A DNA stretch of 63,691 nt, filler included, from Hyphochytrium catenoides (Eukaryota; Protista; Hyphochytriomycota), in the NCBI GenBank assembly GCA_900088475.1. It is 15 parts of 15 records of this genome, joined end to end, with 100 filler letters (N's around TTAATTAATTAA, not from the genome) between each part and the next. Parts side by side here need not be neighbours in the genome. Positions count along the whole stretch, not along the records: positions 1 to 6,116 come from FLMG01002771.1; positions 6,217 to 13,378 come from FLMG01000778.1; 13 more parts are not named here. One strand, 5' to 3'. Positions 1 through 11,100 of the stretch are shown piece by piece. Every line of letters starts with the position of its first letter. Positions within the stretch are counted from its first letter, which is position 1. The translations under genes and the position numbers were made by a program. The notes beneath the pieces were generated by a model. The model did no database searches. It had not been told where the DNA came from and saw nothing but the letters and a program-made list of their open reading frames with translations.

Positions 1-4
1 GCAC

Positions 5-199
5 CTTCAGTCCCAAGTCACAGGCACCTGAGCCGATAATCTCCGTGACGTCCGACGGGTCGCTAGGCTCTAGGATCGCAACCTTCACACCTTCCTCCTC
101 AAAGTAACCCAGCCGCTGAGCTAGGTAGAGAGGCGCGTGGTAGACGGTTGCCTCCCAGTTGAGCAGGCATGTGATCTTCTTGTTGTCCACAGATGCCAT
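5..199 (-). CDS. THI5: HMP-phosphate synthase THI5/NMT1, first coding exon (gene continues off the left edge)
   Basis: Manual translation (not in the ORF track): [65 protein letters not shown], followed by a GT donor at 4-3. It follows the fungal THI5/NMT1 N-terminus pattern (KITFLLNW..YH.P..LAQ.KGYF...G...AILEP..PSDVTE.IGSG..D.GLK). Confidence 0.93.
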
Positions 200-354
200 G
201 ATGAGTAGTGGCACGTAGTAAGAAAGGATTCAGAGGGAACACAGGGGAAAAGCTCAAGAAATGAAGAACGTGGTATCCTTGGCAAGGAATCTTTCAGACT
301 GAAGTCTGACTTCAGATTGACCACATCCATGTCAACAGAGAGAGAGAGGGAGAG

Positions 355-399
<45 letters not shown>

Positions 400-982
400 T
401 GAGAGAGAGTGAAAGAAAAGCCAGAGAGAGAAAGACAAAAAAAAAGGAGAGAGAGAGAGAGAGAAGAAGAGAGAGAGAAAGAGGATGCTGGGGCTCGGAA
501 GACTGGAGGGGATTGGGAGGAAGAGGGACAGGAGAAGGATAGGAAGGAAGAGAGAGAAACAAGACGGAACCAAGGACAAGATATCCAAAGATCGCACAGA
601 CAAACAGTCTGTCAAAGGATATCGATTCTTGTGGGTGAGACAGTTAGGACGAGGCGCGAAGTGAGTGAAGGGGCTCGCAGGCGTGTAGACGATCCCTTCC
701 CCAGAGCGCGAGCTAAGGAAACAGAACCCTGGCCAATTAAAGGGCCAGAGACAGTTTAGAGGATCTTGGCCCTGTAGAGAGGAAGAAGGGAACGTCACTC
801 AGGAGAGATTACGAGGTAGAAAAAGTTGGGTGAGGAAGTAGGCGAAGACAGAGAGAGAGAGTGAGAGAGAGAGAGAGAGAGCCGCAAATCGCCGTAGCAT
901 ATCAAAAGCGAGAAAGAGGACAGAGAGAGAATTGAGTCTCAGAGAGAGAAGAGGTGAGAAGAGGTAAATGAAGATGAGAAGG

Positions 983-1044
<62 letters not shown>

Positions 1045-1128
1045 GAGAAAAGATAGGGGAATGCGCGTTCAGGAAGAGATCTTTTCATCAGTTCAACAAA
1101 AAAAGTATCTTCCACTTCATAGTCGTAC
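200..1128 (-). promoter_or_regulatory. Putative structured 5' leader/intron of THI5 with alternative 3' splice sites and an upstream ATG
   Basis: GTACG donor-like site at 1128; polypyrimidine+CAG acceptor at 773-772; several AGs at about 310-280 just after a (CT)n tract; uATG at 330-328; several hairpins at 270-335 and 580-770. Confidence 0.45.
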
Positions 1129-2427
1129 TCGAAACAGAGCGCTTGCTTCGAAACATATCCGATAGAGATAGGCCGTAACAAAGAGATTGTATGATATCTG
1201 GCGACACAGACTGAGACAGAGGACCAAGAGAGGACGATTGATAGCAAGAGACATGATAGAGATCCTATTGTCTGCGTTCTCATTTGTTCTGACGCCTTTG
1301 ACCGCCTGTAACGACCACGCCCTAAGAAAGTCCAAAATGTGCTAGCTTTGACCTGATCTCGTCGTATTTCCGAGAGCTAATGATTTACTTTGGCAGGTTT
1401 AGGTAGTTTAGCTATTCCTGTTGAATGAAATCTGTATTTTGATGATGCTATTAACCTTGAATCTGCGTATTTCGCTTCGTCCCATGACGACATTAATGGT
1501 GAAGTGGAGAGTCTGCTGCCGAGTTGACTTGAGGGTTTGTTGGCACTCCGCCGTGCGCAGCTTGCTCGATGATCTCCGCTTGAAGACCTTCAGCGCTGCG
1601 GCGGCATAGGAGGGAGAGATTGTTCCTTCATAGGCAGTGGCTCCAGGGCAAAAGCTAATGTCTCATAGCTCAATTGGATAGCTGTGGTGTCCTCAAGGTT
1701 TAGATTGGATTAGACTCTTGCCACCAGCTACTAATGTGGAGGCAAAATATGGTTAGCCACTGTCACAAGGGCTCCGAGTTTCATGCGCTTGCTGGATGCT
1801 CGTCAATTAAATCCCAGTCAAAGGTTCACCGATAGTCGCTGCAAAGTATAAGTGCTCAAGAATGAAGCGCTAAGCATTCCTTGTCTTTGAATTGCGATGA
1901 ACGGTGTGGGTCAGTCAGCCTGCATCCTTCCACAACTTATCTAATGGCACCAGAGGCCAAAATCAATGCTCTATGTGGTACCGGGAGGAGGCATTGATGG
2001 CAACATACGGAGACCACATACATTGACCTCCCCCTACCTCTGAATAATTCACAACAAGGAGCTAACCGACTATACAGCCGCAGGAGAGTGTTTTGTCGTT
2101 GAAGTGGTCAGATAAAGAGGATGCCTTTAAAGGGTTATCCCAGCGCTAAACGCGGCAAAGGCAAGAGGAAGAGATCCATGTCATTGTTAAGTTTGATTGC
2201 TTATAGAACACCACACCAGCAGTTGGCAGTATAACCTCTGGCCTAGCTAGACAAGAGAATGAGAGACTAGGGATGGAAAGGATGATACGTTACCCTTTCC
2301 TGCTACTAGCTGCCGCCTGTCCCAGAACTTAGAGAGCAATAGAACTGGAAAGAATATAAGAACTGAGGAAGCAAAAAAGGGGAAAGGAATCCATGGCTTT
2401 TGACTATCAAAGAGAGCGACAATGTTT

Positions 2428-4094
2428 TCACTTTGTAGCTGTCGCACTGCTAAGATACTTGGAAACATCTAACTGCGCGAGCACCACAGTGGTATCGTCA
2501 ATCACCTGCTCCTGCTTCAGCCATCTAGCGTTAGCCTCGGTAATGAGGGCATCCACAGCTGCTCGTGCCTCCTTATGGCTATCAGCGATAGAGAGAACTT
2601 CCTCGTTGGACATGAACTCCCAGAGACCGTCGGAGGCGAGGATGGCGTACTTATCCCCAGCCTCGAACTTCTTCACGAAGAACTCAGGTTCAGAAGAGAC
2701 GCCTGCGGTGTGAGCGATAGAGTCTCCCAGAGACCGCGACATAGCCAGGCCTGGGACATCCATGTGACCTAGCCAGACGCGTGGGGGCCCATCCACACCG
2801 TCATCGTACTCAACAGCGAAGACTCGTCCCCCTGCATCCAAGATACGCTGCTTCTCATCCGGCCTGTCTGGCTTGTGATCAATGGTAACCGTTACTGGCG
2901 TCAGCGCTCCGTTATTGACAGCTCCCATGATCAGCCGTGAGTCACCAATGTTCCCTACAACGAGATGATCGCCCCGGATAACGCTAAGGACACCGGTCGT
3001 TCCGCTGAACTCCGTGTCAATAGTGGAGTCTAAGGAGAGAGGTAGAATTTTAGAGGGAAGGGTTAGCCTAAGGCAAATTAAGTCTTCAAGCAATTTCTAA
3101 GAGAGAAGACAGACCGCTTTTCCAAAGAGTACAGACTCTGACCCTGATGATGGAGAGAAACCGCGAACTTACCCTTCAACACAGCCTTCTCGAGGTTAGC
3201 CACTGTCTCTTTAATGGCCTGTTTGATCTGGCTGACGTCCTTTGCGACATCGCCTGTGGTTGGCCACATTGGGTGGGCCACAAGCTTGGCAGCAAATCGG
3301 TCGCGAAAGTATTGAGCGACGTGGTCACCTTGCTCTCCGTGACCGTCAAAGACACAGAAGATGATGGAGCCGGTAGCGGCATCTTCACTCATCAGCATTG
3401 CGTCCTATACAGATGTAAAAGAGGGAGCAGGTCGGGAGTTAGATTGATGGAAAGGTATATAGTAGCCTATACGAACTAATAGGGTTAGTTGTCTACTGCT
3501 TTAGAGGAAAGCCATTATAGACATCGACCACAATAGGCACTGGGAAGCGTAGCGGGCCTAGCGGGACGTACGCACCTGGTTCTTTTTTCTTGGGTTATAT
3601 GGGGCATAACCCTTCTTTGATACCCCAGCATAGGTCTTCACACAGCAGCCCTTGCCCTCAAAAGCCTGGATGCTCGACGGCGTGTCTTCTAGTCCGACGT
3701 TAGCGACACCTTCCACTAGAGTGTTGTCGGAGACAACGGAGAGTCTGTGGAGTTAAGGAGAGCGGCTTTAGTACCGCAGCAGGGAGAAACACGAGGGCGG
3801 GAAGCTGCAAATTATGCAAAATTGCACTGCAACAGAAAATAACTAGAGCTCAAAGATTGCTGTCAAGTGAAGGGGAGGAAGTAAAAGATAGGCGCCAATG
3901 GCTGAAGAAGGTATTTGTTCGGCTATGCTGCACCTCTTTCTAGTCTTGCGAATGTCGCTGGCAGTCTGAGCATCTTGTGCATCGTCGTTGGGGTTCTTCT
4001 TCGAGATACCCTTGGGAGAGATGACGTTGAGCTCCGTCGCCTCAGCTCCCTTCGCATTGTCAATGGTTCCTCTGCGGGGCATTGCCTTGGACAT
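2428..4094 (-). CDS. Protein phosphatase 2C (PPM family); 4 exons: 4094-3934, 3744-3576, 3404-3173, 3029-2428
   Basis: GT-AG joined exons give SKKGYAPYNPRKKNQD, VFDGHG, SGTT, NIGDSR, DHKPDRPDE, GLAMSRSLGD, ILASDGLWE and DDTTV, the full PP2C motif set. Confidence 0.95.
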
Positions 4095-5666
4095 GGTTGG
4101 AAGGGAGATGAAAAGCTCCAAATACTTAGGGCTGTTATAACTTCAATGCTGCGGATGAAGCTTTTTCGGAGCGAGTGCGGCGAGAGGTCCAAAGATAAAG
4201 TGAAAGCCCAGGCAAGGTTGAGATAGCTAAAGCGCTTGATAGAGAAAGGGCTGTTGTGAGAGTTTTGGGGAGAGTTGCAAGGAGTGCGAGGATCTGTTAA
4301 GGTTGACTGCTCTTCCGCCTTGAGGTGACCAAACTTCTCCCAGGCTGAGAGGAGATAGGAAGGCAAATAGAGTGGTGAAGGGAGCGGTAAGAGGATGGGC
4401 AAGTCCGGAGTGATTTTCTCTCTCTTCTCCTCTTGGCTACCTTTCTCACTTACACTTTGCGTACTTCACGGCGCGCTCTAAGCACTCAAAGTATCAAGGA
4501 GCGCTGGAGGGTGAAAAGAAGAAGGGAAGGAGAGATAGAAGAGGATGCGCTGGAGTGAGGTTGGATGGGCTTCGCTCCAGCATCACGTTCCTCAGTCTGG
4601 TCTCCCAATAAAAAAAAAGATAGAGGCAGGAAATATCAACAGGCCAAAAATCTGAGAGGAGGAAAGATGTGGGATGTCGCACTAAGCGATGAAGGCGAAC
4701 TAAGGAAAAGACTTTTGAGTGAGTGCGTGTGGAAAAGTGCGAGAGAGAGCAGAGAAAGAGGAGGAGATAGAAGGGCGAAGGGAGAGTGAGAGAGACAAGC
4801 GAGATGGCGAGGGGAATGAGATAGAGAAAGACAGAAAGGAACAAAGGGACAGAGACAACGCAAGCGTGGAAGAGAGGGAGATATGAAGAGGGAGGGAGAC
4901 AGAGAGCGCGAGAGACAGAGAGAAAGACAGACAGAGCGAGGAAGAGAGGAGCCTCCTCCACCTTCGTGTCAGTTGGTAACACCTCACCCATCCATCAATA
5001 ACTGTAACGGCCATTGGGAGCAACAAAGCCAAAGGTGATGGGAGATCAATAACTGATTACCCAGTAAGTGATTTCTCAAATGATTCTTTCATTGATCGTA
5101 GGACACTTGCCTTTTGTCTCTCCTCCTCGTCCTCAGCAGCAGCAGCAAGTGGATAACCTTGCTGATCAAGAGCATTATTGGACCGAGGCTGGAGATCGTC
5201 ATAGAGCCTTCAATAGGGATGACCGGTCGCGTCGCTGAGCTCTTTTATCAGCTCTGGGAAAGGCCTTTCCACACACTCCTGCTAATTGGCTGCAGAACAG
5301 ACCAGAGGAAGCCAGTCATGCATCTATATGGGGTACAATCCAACTTTGGAGACCGACTGACTTGCGGGCACCTGGGTGGCTTAGATGGCCATTCAGCCAT
5401 AGGTTGCCCTGTCCGTGCTTATGAGTATAGGTATGAGTGTGAAACGCTTGGGCTCTGTAGTGGGGTGTGACTTCTGTACCATCAGTGATGAAAGATAATG
5501 AAACATTTAGTCGATCGACGGAGGGATGACAATTGTCCGCATTGTTAACGCAGAACATAGTTTCCGTCAGGCACACTACAGTCAAAAATCACTTCTAACA
5601 ACGATGTTTGGTCCCTTGAAACTGTGAGGAGTTGCAGCATAGCGCTGTATGGCACCAATATCTCTG

Positions 5667-6116
5667 CTAAAGTACCACCTGATCACCGCTTCCATGGGCC
5701 TTGTACTGGCGAGGCTGCCGCATCTGCTGATGCGAGTTGCTGCCATTGATATTCCTATAGTAGGAGTCTGCGTCGTCGTCATTCACCTCAGGATTAGAGG
5801 GAGAAAACGTGTACATTTGTGAAGATGAGGCAGTTGAGTCTGTCTCAGGCTGATAGCGGCCCAAATAAGGGCTCCTTGTCATAGGTGCAGGTGCCGCCAG
5901 TAAAGCATTCTGTCCTTGGTAGTTTGTACTCCCAGAAGGCAAGCGCGCATTGCTAGAAGCTGTCTGCGGTAAGTGGTGCTGCTGCGGATAGGCCTGGTAT
6001 CCGGAAGGCGTTGCTTGCTCTTGATGGACCGGACCTCCTTGAGGAACATCTTGAGAGTAATTGGCAGTGGTTCCAGCTCCCACACGCTGTTGAACGTAGC
6101 CCACATTTTGGCGCTC
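5667..6116 (-). CDS. Possible last exon of an unknown Q/P/S-rich protein, open from the contig edge
   Basis: Roughly 150-codon non-microsatellite ORF running from the linker to a stop; no recognisable domain. Confidence 0.3.
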   Translation of the reverse strand, partial: ERQNVGYVQQRVGAGTTANYSQDVPQGGPVHQEQATPSGYQAYPQQHHLPQTASSNARLPSGSTNYQGQNALLAAPAPMTRSPYLGRYQPETDSTASSSQMYTFSPSNPEVNDDDADSYYRNINGSNSHQQMRQPRQYKAHGSGDQVVL

Positions 6117-6216
6117 NNNNNNNNNNNNNNNNNNNNNNNNNNNNNNNNNNNNNNNNNNNNTTAATTAATTAANNNNNNNNNNNNNNNNNNNNNNNNNNNN
6201 NNNNNNNNNNNNNNNN
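6117..6216. other. Artificial contig linker N44-TTAATTAATTAA-N44 (also 13379-13478, 17542-17641, 19178-19277, 20635-20734, 23736-23835, 26807-26906, 31619-31718, 35137-35236, 37624-37723, 43351-43450, 52441-52540, 61182-61281, 62545-62644)
   Basis: Identical 100-nt cassette with stops in all six frames, present 14 times. Adjacency across linkers is not evidence of genomic linkage. Confidence 0.98.
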
Positions 6217-6335
6217 GGCCTATAAGGTCACAGCAGAAGGAGGAGGCAAGGATGAGAAATACAGGCCGAACGACCAGGCAAGAGACAGAGAGAAATGAGA
6301 GAGAAAGAGAGGGAGAGAGAGAGAGCAAGGCACAC

Positions 6336-6525
6336 CTGCATGAGTCCCCACTCTGGGTCTGAAGACCTAAAGTTCCAAGCTATGGAATTCTCTAAATATC
6401 TCACGCTAGACCCGTTGGTCCTGCTGGTGTACGCCTCCAGAATGGGCTCAGCAATAGCCCGGACCTGAAAGCAGGGAGACCAGGTTAGGAGAGAAGAGAA
6501 ACCCAACCACAGCAGAAGAAAAGGC

Positions 6526-6562
<37 letters not shown>

Positions 6563-8081
6563 AAGAAAGAAAGAGAGAGAGAGGGAGAGAGAGGAAGGAG
6601 AGAAGTGGGAGGTAGACAGGAGGGATGCAGAGAGACGATGAGAAGCTAATGGACGAGCTTGTGAACTGACCGGTCCCCACTCGAACTGCAGCTCTAGATG
6701 AGACCAAGCTCTATCCCTTTCTGGATCGCCTGAGGCGGGTGAACTCTGGTGAGGAAGAGCAATAGGAGAGAAACAATTGAAGAAAAGAGAGCAAACGAAC
6801 ACGTCAGTGGCAGTTATGAGAGAGAGAGAGAGTATGTGACACAGCTTCCCTTTTTCTTGTATGGCAGTATTCCCTTTTCCTTGTATGGCAGTATTCCTTT
6901 ATAAGTCGCCCTCTCTCTCTCTGTCTCTCTCTGTCTCTCTCTGTCTCTCTGTCTCTCTCTCTCTCTGCCTCTCTCTTTTTTTCACCCCCTGTGCCTGTCT
7001 CTCCCTTCCTCTCCCCTTCCTTCTACTTCCGGGCCACTCTTACATATACTAGGTTGTTCGAGGACAGCTCCGACGGGGCTACCGCCTGGGCATCCCCATC
7101 TGGCCAAGAGTAGAGAGCACCATTCATTGCCGCCAATCTAGGCACATAGAGAGCCATGTTAATAATGTGAGCCCTTTAGTGAGACAGCACAAGTAGTCCA
7201 GCACAATAAGAGAGAGAGAGAGAGAAAGACAGGAAGAGAAAGAGAGCTCGCAGCAGGGCGACGAATAGCAACACAATGAGAAGGACAGGGAGAAGACGGA
7301 GACGGGAGAGTGGGAGGTTAAAATGAACCAAATAAGCGAGAGACGAGAGAGAAGGAGAGAGCTCAACAGGAGAAAGATTGAAGACGGCGGTAGAGCACTG
7401 CCTATGGAAAGAGTAAGACAGAAGAAAAGAAAGAGAGAGAGCGAGAGTAGAAGAGCTTCGGCTTGGTGCGCACCCGAGTCCAGGAATCCCTCCCAAGACC
7501 GCTGTCAGGTCGTGCTTGTTCACGCCGCTGATGACAAATACCTACATCATCGGCAAGAGAAAGAGGTCAGGAAGAAGAGAGGACAATGGGAGAGACGATA
7601 AACACGTGTACCCGATAGACCCGGAAGTGCAGCTAAGAATGAAAAAGAAAGAGAAAGAGAGAGAGTGATAAAGAGAGAAGAGATGGGGAAGGTCCCTTAC
7701 GGTGTTGTTAGGGTCTGCGGCGAGCATTCTAAGCGCTCTCAGCATGCCGGGCTCTGGAGATCTTCCAGTCACTGCCGTGAGATCTTTCTTCATATACTTC
7801 CCAATGCTCTCTCTCTCTATTAAAGTACCGCCTGAACGGAGGGAAGATGTAAGAGAATATCACACACGAAGGCAGGAGAGAGATCAGCATAACAGAAGGA
7901 GCAGAGTGGAAGGAGAGAGTTGGACAAGAGGAGAAAGAGAGAGTAACAATGGCCCAGAGCGAGGAGAGTTATGCGGAATTGATAACAAAACGACACATGA
8001 AGAAGCGAAAGAGCGAGGGCAAAGAGAGAGAGAGAGGGGGGGGCGGGGAGAGATAGATAGATAGATAAAGAAGAGAAAGTG

Positions 8082-8131
<50 letters not shown>

Positions 8132-11100
8132 CAACCAGACCGGAGACGGAGAGAATGGGACAGAGCGAACATTCACCCAGTCCTACCATAGTCCATAAGA
8201 AAAACTCTTCTCTTTGTTCTCTGGTACGATATCGCCACTTTCTGTACGTCCAGCTCCTGGAAGTCTGTGCTCGTGCCCGCGCGGAGAAAGTGCGTGCTCT
8301 TAACATCCGCTTCCATGTCCTCAATCATAGTAAATTCCTCTGTGTTAGGCTCCTATTCCGAGAGACCGAAAAAGAGAGAGAGGTTAGAGTCTACAAGGCA
8401 GGAGAGAAAGAAAGAGAATGAACGAGAGAGAGGAGAGACACCGTGTGGCCCCAAACAAGTAGAATGGTAGGAAGGTGGAGAACTATGGAAGAGGAATTAG
8501 TGTGCAGAGAGATGGATTCAAAGGAAAGACCAAGGCGGTCATGCCAGAAAAGCAATACTGACTAGGGGAGAAGAAAGTCTGAGACAGAGGTAGCAAAATT
8601 GTTCGGTACGAGTTCAGATGACATAGTAAGGACGTAGGGCAGCCGCTTCGTAGACGGCGGCAAGAACAAGACAGAAAGAGCTCTGGAGAGCACAGATGTA
8701 GAGAAGGGAAAGAGACACAAGAGAGATAATGACAGGAGAAGCAGCGTCGTCGAGAATGAAATGGCAGACCTGTGCCCCATAGAACATATCCTGCAGGACC
8801 GTCCTCGTCCACGCAGCGCTGGTCTTGTTTTGAATGTACTTCCAGTCTCTTGCCTGTCTGCCTTTCTTCTCTCTCTGACTCATAGTAAACGCCGCGTCCA
8901 TTGTCTGCACTACTCTCTTAAGGTTCCATGGGTTTATCCTCAGAGCTCCATTCAAGACAGAACAGCACGCGGAGAACTCGGACGCAAGTACGACTCCTGC
9001 AGAGGAAGAGAGAAAGTGCCAGAAGAGAGTGAGAACGTTGCCAGGACAGACTACAGATAGGTAGACCGAGAGGAAGAGAAGGCAAACCTGAAGTAGGACG
9101 ACAGAGGAACAAGAGTAGATCAATAGACGATAGAGAAGAAGAGTCATAGTAGAGTCAAAGAAGGTGAAAAAGAGAGAAGAAGAGAGAAGAGTTCAGTGAG
9201 GCGGTTACCAGGGTCGTTTCTGCGGGCAAAGACATACTCTAGAGGCTGAAGATTGAGTCCCTCGCGGACAGAAGTATTTACATAGACACTAGACAAGCGA
9301 TCCATAGTAAGCGCGGTCCGTCCCTTCGTCTCGGTAGTTACCTTACTTGTTTCCCTATCTTACTCACTCTGTAACCTCTTCCTCCTTCTCGCACTATCTC
9401 TTTCTCACGCTATGTCCCTCTCTTCTGACGGGTCTTGTGCTCTTGTGGTTAGTCTCTCACCCCTCTCATGTCCTCTTTCAAGCTTTCCTTTTCATGATAC
9501 TCGTTTACCTCCAAAGGAAGATCTTTGCATATCTCTTTACTCCCCTTTCTCTCTCATTCTACTGACCTGGAGACGAGCCAGAGCGGCAGACGCTTCTTAA
9601 GCGGTAGATTCTCAAGCTCTTCATACTCAACAACCGGCCCGTGCCGGTCAGTGATGCGTCTAACCAGCTTCTGAATCTCTCTGCTGCTATGTTCCTGGTC
9701 TCCCTTCCTAGCTTCGTCTCTCCGAATGCACTTCTGGATCAGGATGACCTTGTTGCGGTACACCTGAGACAGAAGAACAATGCACCACGGGATACAGGGA
9801 CGTTGATTTAAGGGAGAGAGAGAGAGAGAGAAGAGATGAACGGTAAGTTAAGGAAGAAAGAAAGCAAGCAACAGAGGGCGAGACGGGGCGTTGTGGCAAA
9901 AGTAACTAAAGATAATCGAAATAGGCAGCATAAGAGTATTTCAAGGAGAACGATCCTTAGATGATTGGAAGGAGAAGGCTCTAGAAGCGAAAGGTGAGGA
10001 AGGAGCTAAGAAGGGTCGAGAAGCAGAAACACTGGAATCCAAGACCAGCAAAGGACCAAAGAGAGGCGAGACAGAGAGAGAAAGAGAGAGAGGGAGACAG
10101 AGAGAAGGACCAGGGAAGAGAAGAGAGGTTCGTACTGGATATTCCACTAGCAGCTGTTCGAAGGCTAATAACTTAAGCGGCACGCCCGCCAGCCGCTGGC
10201 AAGGATCCACAGCAATAATGACGAGCTGGAGAAAGGACAAGAGAGAGAGTGTTGAAGTGCGTGATGAAGAGGTAGAAATACAACGGGAGATGTGGCAGAT
10301 AGGGAAGATAGAAGAGAACAAAGGGGTGAGAAGACAACAGGCAAGAAGCAAAGCATCGTGAAGTCACGGCCTTCTCTTCACCTTTTTTTCTTCTTCTTTC
10401 TCTCTCTCATATTTATTTCGTGTCTCTCTCTCTCGTCTCTTGTCGTCCTTGCCTTACCTTGCCATCATACTTCGCTCTAAGGAGTTCTGCTTCCATTTGC
10501 ACGGCGGGATCCTTGAGGACGTTGGAGATGTGCTCCTGCTCTATGCCCACATGACTGGGGAAGAGAGAGGACAGCAAGTTAAGGAGAAAAACTGTCCGTC
10601 TCTTTTACTTAGCCCCGTCTTCGTCTCTCCTCTCTCTTTCCTCGTCGTCCTTGTCCTGCGGTATACTTTCCTCCTTCTTACCTGATGGTAACCATCACGC
10701 TTTTGCCCTTGTTGTCCACGCCAAGGTTACCTCCCCTTCTAGACTGATAAGGAAGACCAAGGAATCTTCTGCAGGCGTTCAAGAAGTGTCTCGCATGGTC
10801 AAATGTATGGAAACCCACGACCTCCGCACCCAGCACGCCTTCCAGCAGCTACCGAGGGAGAAAAGAGAGGTAAGAGTTGCAAATAAAAAAAGAGAGAGAG
10901 AAGTAACTGGCGAAGAAGCAAGGAGATGGCCAGCGTCCCAACGTTTTACTATCTATGCAAGAGGAAAGGTGATGGACGAAAAGAAGCCGAGTCTGGCAGA
11001 CAAAGAAAGAGGACTAGATGTTGAAGAATAAAGAGAAGGGAGAAGGCAGTGCACAGACTTTACCCTCTTACCTCTGTTCCTGACGCTAAACCCCGGAAAA

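Noticed and set aside
1062-1122. Intronic C/D snoRNA (CTGATGA, CTGA on minus)
   Set aside because: No proper 5' C box with a terminal stem, and no recognisable rRNA guide.
200-1400. Canonical TPP riboswitch upstream of THI5
   Set aside because: No CTGAGA..ATACC..CYTGAT..ATAAT..CG arrangement on the sense strand. The GGGATC..GCCTGCG segment near 675-697 cannot form P5.
6161-6172. TTAATTAATTAA as a biological repeat or CRISPR-like spacer
   Set aside because: Always centred in 88 Ns; it is a standard all-frame-stop assembly linker.
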